A DNA stretch of 64,000 nucleotides from Candidatus Krumholzibacteriia bacterium (GTDB taxonomy: Bacteria > Krumholzibacteriota > Krumholzibacteriia > LZORAL124-64-63): assembly GCA_050174015.1 (NCBI GenBank), contig JBFXKG010000003.1:64001-128000 (forward strand). Reading direction: 5' to 3'. Position numbers and translations under genes: made by a program. Of this stretch, positions 59,815 to 64,000 are shown one piece after another. Numbering within the stretch: the stretch's first letter is position 1; every line of letters starts with the position of its first letter. Under the pieces are notes generated by a model, which was given only the letters and a program-made list of their open reading frames with translations, ran no database searches and was not told the DNA's origin.

Positions 59815-60510
59815 ATGGGCACATTTCACGATACCAAAGACCCCCTCCACGGCATCACGGTCGTGGCCACCGCCGGAGACACCGTCTTCGTCGGCCGCTG
59901 CCACGAGCGAGCGGAGGGGACGGTGGTCCTGGTCGACGTCGACGAGCACAGCGAAGGCCTGGACGGCAAGTCCAACGCCGAATACCTCGCCCGCGCGGCC
60001 CGGTTCGGAGTCTGGAAGAAGCACGATCGCATCGTGCTGGATGCGGCCGGTCTTTCGGACCTCGCGCCGCTGAGCGATTTCTACGGCCGATCGAGCCGGA
60101 CTTCGACGGAACGGGCCGAGGAGTCCGGCCCTCCGCCGGCGGCCGATCGGGCCGCGGGGGAGGCGCCCGGCGCGGCCGAAAAGGACCGGCCGGTGGTCTT
60201 GACGCCGGCCGCCGTCGCCGAGGTGAAGCGGTTGCTGGCCGCCGAGGCCGAGCCCGGCCTGGGCCTGCGCCTGGGCGTGGCGGGGGGCGGGTGTTCGGGC
60301 CTGACCTACAGGACCGAGTTCTCGGCCCGCCGTGACGGCGACGTCGTCGTCCCCGAGGACGGCTTCGAGGTCTATCTCGACCGCAAGAGCGCCATCTACC
60401 TGCGCGGGATCACCCTGGATCACCAGTCCGGCCTGGGCGGCAAGGGATTCCAGTTCCACAATCCCAACGCCACCAACACCTGCGGCTGCGGCGAAAGCTT
60501 CGCGGTGTGA
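59815..60510 (+). CDS. A-type Fe-S carrier (IscA/HesB) fused to an N-terminal domain of unknown function
   Basis: GGGCSG and NPNATNTCGCGESF; extra ~90-aa N-domain and Pro/Ala linker; ATG 59815. Confidence 0.85.
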   Translation: MGTFHDTKDPLHGITVVATAGDTVFVGRCHERAEGTVVLVDVDEHSEGLDGKSNAEYLARAARFGVWKKHDRIVLDAAGLSDLAPLSDFYGRSSRTSTERAEESGPPPAADRAAGEAPGAAEKDRPVVLTPAAVAEVKRLLAAEAEPGLGLRLGVAGGGCSGLTYRTEFSARRDGDVVVPEDGFEVYLDRKSAIYLRGITLDHQSGLGGKGFQFHNPNATNTCGCGESFAV

Positions 60511-62231
60511 CGGTTATGGCGGCAACGGACCTCTGCAGCGCCGCGCGCCGCACCGGGCTGACCGTCCGCTGGGACGGCTGTCCGGGCCTGGGCGCCTTGC
60601 TGGTTGCGGGCCCGGACGCGGGGACCTTCCTGCAGGCCCAGCTGACCAGCGACGTCCTGGGTCTGGGGCCCGGGGATGCGCAGCCGTCGGCCCGCCTGCT
60701 TCGCAACGGCGCGGTGACGGCCCTGATCACCCTGTTCAGGATGCCCGACCGCGGGCAACCCTTCCCCTCGTACCTGATCATCGGCCGGGCTTCGGCTCTC
60801 GATTCCCTCCATGCCGACCTGGACTCCTTCGTCATCGCGGAGGACGTGATGATCGAGGAGGCGACGGCGGAGTTCACGGGGCTGGCGGTGGAGGGGCCCG
60901 AAGCGGAGGCCATGCTCGAGGGGCATGACCTCGCCGCGGATGGAGCCGTGGTGGTTCCCCTCTCCTTGACCGGAGATTCCGGCGGGATCGTCCTGTGTCC
61001 CCCGGGGGGCGCCGGCGCCCTCGAGGCCTTGAAGAACGCTGCGGTCACGAAGGGATTCGTGGACCTGGACGCCGAGGACTCCGCCCCGCAAGCCTGGGAC
61101 TGGCTGCGCATCGAGGGCGGGACCCTGCTTGCGGGCCCGGACTTCGAGCCCGGCAGGACGTTGTTGCCCCAGACGGGGCTCGAACAGCAGGTCGTCAGCT
61201 GGACCAAGGGCTGTTACCGGGGCCAGGAGGTGGTCGCCCGCGTCCGTACCTACGGTTCGGTTCCCCGGGCCCTGCGGGGACTGGTGATCCACGAACCGCT
61301 GGGCATCGCGCCGGGATCCCTGCCGCCGGCCGGTTCCTCCTTGCAGACCACAGAGGGAACGACCATCGGAACCTGGGCCTCCGTGGGGTATTCCGTGGTC
61401 TGGGACCGGCCGGTGGCGTACGTCTACCTGGACAAGGCCAGCCGGGCGCCGGGGTTGCGCCTCGATCTGGTGGTGGACGAGGTCCAGCTCGAGGCCGAAG
61501 TCGTCCTGCTCCCCTTCCATGCGGCCGCCAGCAGCGGCGAGCGGGCGAACCGGCTCTACGACCGGGCCGTCCGCAGCTTCAGCGCAGGCGACGACACGGG
61601 TGCGGTCGCGCTGCTGGAGCAGGCCCTCCGCCTGGATCCCCACCACACCGAGGCGGTCGAGGTGCTCGGCGTGATCCTCGGGCGCACCGGGCGGTTCCAC
61701 GAGGCCATCGACGTGTTCAAGCGGCTGGAGGAACTGGCCCCCGACGAGCCCATGGTCCACACCAACCTCTCCCTGTTCTACATGAGGATCGGCGACAAGG
61801 ACGAGGCCGAGCGCCAGAAGTCCCTCGCCACGCTCAAGAAGTTCGGCGATGGTCTGACCGAGCAGGAGATCGGGGAACGCGAGGGGCGGGAAGCCCGGGA
61901 ACGGCGCGCCGACGCCGAACGCCGGCGCCGCATGTTCGCCGAGGTTCTGGAGGTCGATCCGGAGGACCCCCTGGCCTTGATGGGCATGGGCAACGCCATG
62001 CTCGACCTGGAGGATCTCGCGGCCGCCGAGGAGTACCTGGGCCGGGCCCTGGAGGTCCAGAAGGACAACAGTCCCCTCTACGTGTCACGGGGCAAGGTCC
62101 TCGAGCGCCTGGGCCGCGCCGGGGAGGCCGCCGCCGTCTATCGCCGAGGCGTCGCCGTGGCCAGCCGCAAGGGCGACCTGATGCCCCTGAAGGAGCTCGA
62201 GCACAGGCTCCTTCTGCTCGACCGTTCCTGA
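60507..62231 (+). CDS. YgfZ/GcvT-like folate-binding Fe-S maintenance protein fused to TPR domains
   Basis: GPDAGTFLQAQLTSD, KGCYRGQEVVAR signature; C-terminal TPRs; GTGA overlap with the upstream gene. Confidence 0.85.
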   Translation: MTVMAATDLCSAARRTGLTVRWDGCPGLGALLVAGPDAGTFLQAQLTSDVLGLGPGDAQPSARLLRNGAVTALITLFRMPDRGQPFPSYLIIGRASALDSLHADLDSFVIAEDVMIEEATAEFTGLAVEGPEAEAMLEGHDLAADGAVVVPLSLTGDSGGIVLCPPGGAGALEALKNAAVTKGFVDLDAEDSAPQAWDWLRIEGGTLLAGPDFEPGRTLLPQTGLEQQVVSWTKGCYRGQEVVARVRTYGSVPRALRGLVIHEPLGIAPGSLPPAGSSLQTTEGTTIGTWASVGYSVVWDRPVAYVYLDKASRAPGLRLDLVVDEVQLEAEVVLLPFHAAASSGERANRLYDRAVRSFSAGDDTGAVALLEQALRLDPHHTEAVEVLGVILGRTGRFHEAIDVFKRLEELAPDEPMVHTNLSLFYMRIGDKDEAERQKSLATLKKFGDGLTEQEIGEREGREARERRADAERRRRMFAEVLEVDPEDPLALMGMGNAMLDLEDLAAAEEYLGRALEVQKDNSPLYVSRGKVLERLGRAGEAAAVYRRGVAVASRKGDLMPLKELEHRLLLLDRS

Positions 62232-62239
62232 TCATCCCT

Positions 62240-63793
62240 TCAATTCCTGAAGTTCCGGGCGTCGATGCCGTGCTTGCGCAGCTTCGACCTCAGCGTGTTG
62301 GGGTTCAGGCCCAGCATGGCCGCCGCTCCGTCGGTCCCCTCGATCCTGCCGCGGGCGGCGGTCAGGGCGGTCTCGAGGTGGCGGACGATCACTTCGTCCA
62401 GGGGGGCGATCTCTCCGGTTGCGGTTCGGGTCGAAGGCTCTTTCGTGCGGTGCACGCTGAGCCCCTTGCGGGTGGAGATGCCCAGCGCCTTGGCGATCTC
62501 CAGGTTGCGTCCCTCGCCGAGGATCACCGCGCGGTCGATGACCGATCCCAGTTCGCGGACGTTGCCGGGCCAGGGATAGGCCGCCAGCATGGCCAGATCC
62601 TCAGCTCGGGGCGCCCGGGGGCGGAATCCGAACCGGCGGGCGGCTCTGCGGGCCAGCATGTCCACGAGGGCGGGAATGTCCTGCAGGCGGTCGCGCAGCG
62701 GCGGCAGCAGGAGGGGAAATACCGCGAGTCGGTACCACAGGTCCTCCCGGAATTCCCCGGCCTTGACCATCGCGGCGAGGTCGGCGTGGGTGGCGGCGAT
62801 GACGCGCACATCCACCCGCAGATGGCTCTCGGCGCCGACCCGCTGCATGGATCCGTCCTGCAGGACCCGCAACAGCCTCACCTGCGCCGCCCGGGGCAGC
62901 TCGCCGATCTCGTCCAGCAGCAGGGTGCCGCCGTCGGCCCGTTCGAACCAGCCGGTGCGCCGGGCGACCGCCCCGGTGAAGGCGCCCTTCTCGTGTCCGA
63001 AGAGCTCCGAATCCACCAGTTCGGTGGGGATGGCTCCGCAGTTGACCCGGATGAACGGTCCCCCTGCGCGGCGTGAGCGCGTGTGAAGGATGCGGGCGAT
63101 GACCTCCTTGCCCGAGCCGGTCTCGCCCAGGACCAGGACCGGAACGTCCGATCCGGCCACCATGTCCACCCGCTGCATCACCGACCGCAGGCCGCCGTCG
63201 GCTCCGATGACGTCCTCCAGGACCTCGTCCCGGCCGAGGCGGGTCAGCAGGGATTGCCGGTCGGCCTCGGCCGCGCGTCGCAGATCCTGGAGTTCCCGCC
63301 GGTGACGGTAGTTCTGAAGCGCGGCGGCCAGGGGTTCGCGCAACAGGGCCAGGAACCGGCTGTGTTCGCGAAGGTAGGGGTCGTCCGCCGCCAGGGCCAC
63401 CAGCGCCAGGCCGGCGCCGCCTTCGTCCCCGGGAAGAGGAACCGCCCAGCAGGGGCGCAAGGGAATCAGGTTCTCCAGGGGGAGCAGAACCCTGGGCAGG
63501 GGTTCGGCTTCGGGCAGCAGCGAGGCCTGCGTCCTTTCCAGCCAGTGCGACAGATCCCGGGTCTGGGCCGGTGTCAGATCGAGCCTCGAGTCCTGAGGGG
63601 ACTGAGCCGTCCCCCGGGGGGCGGATCCCGCGGTCTCGGCGACACCGTCGACCAGGTCGAGGGCAAGGACGGTCAGGCCGGCCATGGAGGGGACGCCCGG
63701 GACGTTTCCCATCAGGACGGCGGCCAGTTTATCGATGGTCGTGGCTCGGCAGGCTTCCCGCCAGACGAATTCGGAGAAGGATCCCGGGTTCAT
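62240..63793 (-). CDS. Sigma-54-dependent transcriptional activator (FhlA/NorR-like architecture)
   Basis: GETGSGKE, ELFGHEKGAFTGA, LDEIGE, WPGNVREL, C-terminal HTH. Confidence 0.92.
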   Translation of the reverse strand: MNPGSFSEFVWREACRATTIDKLAAVLMGNVPGVPSMAGLTVLALDLVDGVAETAGSAPRGTAQSPQDSRLDLTPAQTRDLSHWLERTQASLLPEAEPLPRVLLPLENLIPLRPCWAVPLPGDEGGAGLALVALAADDPYLREHSRFLALLREPLAAALQNYRHRRELQDLRRAAEADRQSLLTRLGRDEVLEDVIGADGGLRSVMQRVDMVAGSDVPVLVLGETGSGKEVIARILHTRSRRAGGPFIRVNCGAIPTELVDSELFGHEKGAFTGAVARRTGWFERADGGTLLLDEIGELPRAAQVRLLRVLQDGSMQRVGAESHLRVDVRVIAATHADLAAMVKAGEFREDLWYRLAVFPLLLPPLRDRLQDIPALVDMLARRAARRFGFRPRAPRAEDLAMLAAYPWPGNVRELGSVIDRAVILGEGRNLEIAKALGISTRKGLSVHRTKEPSTRTATGEIAPLDEVIVRHLETALTAARGRIEGTDGAAAMLGLNPNTLRSKLRKHGIDARNFRN

Positions 63794-63922
63794 GGTCGAT
63801 CCTTTTCATTAGACGGAAAAATCATTTAAATAAAATATACAAACCTTTAAAAAAAACGGCAATACTTGATTTGAAATTTGCAACTTATTGAAAAACAAGC
63901 AATTATATTTCATTTCGCCACC

Positions 63923-63938
63923 TGGCATCTCATTTGCG
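63923..63938 (+). promoter_or_regulatory. Sigma-54 -24/-12 promoter
   Basis: TGGCAT-CTCAT-TTGC (GG-N10-GC), divergent from the activator gene. Confidence 0.8.
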
Positions 63939-63981
63939 ACATACGTTTGTCCATTTCATTCTTTCCGAGGGAGGTCCGGCC

Positions 63982-64000
63982 ATGTCGAGCAGCGTCCGAC
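63982..64000 (+). CDS. Start of a sigma-54-controlled gene (truncated by window end)
   Basis: GGGAGG RBS, then ATG TCG AGC AGC GTC CGA. Confidence 0.6.

Noticed and set aside
1..64000. Genome-wide TGA reassignment (genetic code 4 or 25)
   Set aside because: Many clear genes end at TGA exactly where their families end (e.g. 35068, 59132, 60510), so TGA is normally a stop.

Overview
High-GC bacterial chromosome segment. The many proteins with a C-terminal 'PNPFNP...WDG.D..G' FlgD-Ig/T9SS-type sorting domain and one '..GAVKALFR' tail suggest an FCB-group candidate lineage such as Krumholzibacteriota or Latescibacterota (inference). It holds about 40 CDS and is dominated by large secreted proteases: a Lys-gingipain-like C25, two M14 carboxypeptidase paralogs, two S8 subtilases and an HEXXH metalloprotease. 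Best finding: the ORFs at 19239-19643 and 17919-19130 are one reading frame broken by a single in-frame TGA in a C-V-G-U (CxxU) motif, followed by a hairpin. This is a candidate secreted beta-propeller selenoprotein. Also notable: (i) an ECF sigma / zinc anti-sigma / exported TPR-CHAT protease cassette whose putative promoter (ATGAAACT-N17-CGT) recurs before the neighbouring metalloprotease operon; (ii) Lys-containing pro/mature junctions that fit the Kgp-like protease; (iii) a bacilliredoxin / novel-domain-IscA / YgfZ-TPR operon with an IscR-like operator; (iv) a small HNH plus low-GC nuclease islet. No rRNA, tRNA, CRISPR array or transposase was seen. All calls are by eye from motifs; no database search was run.
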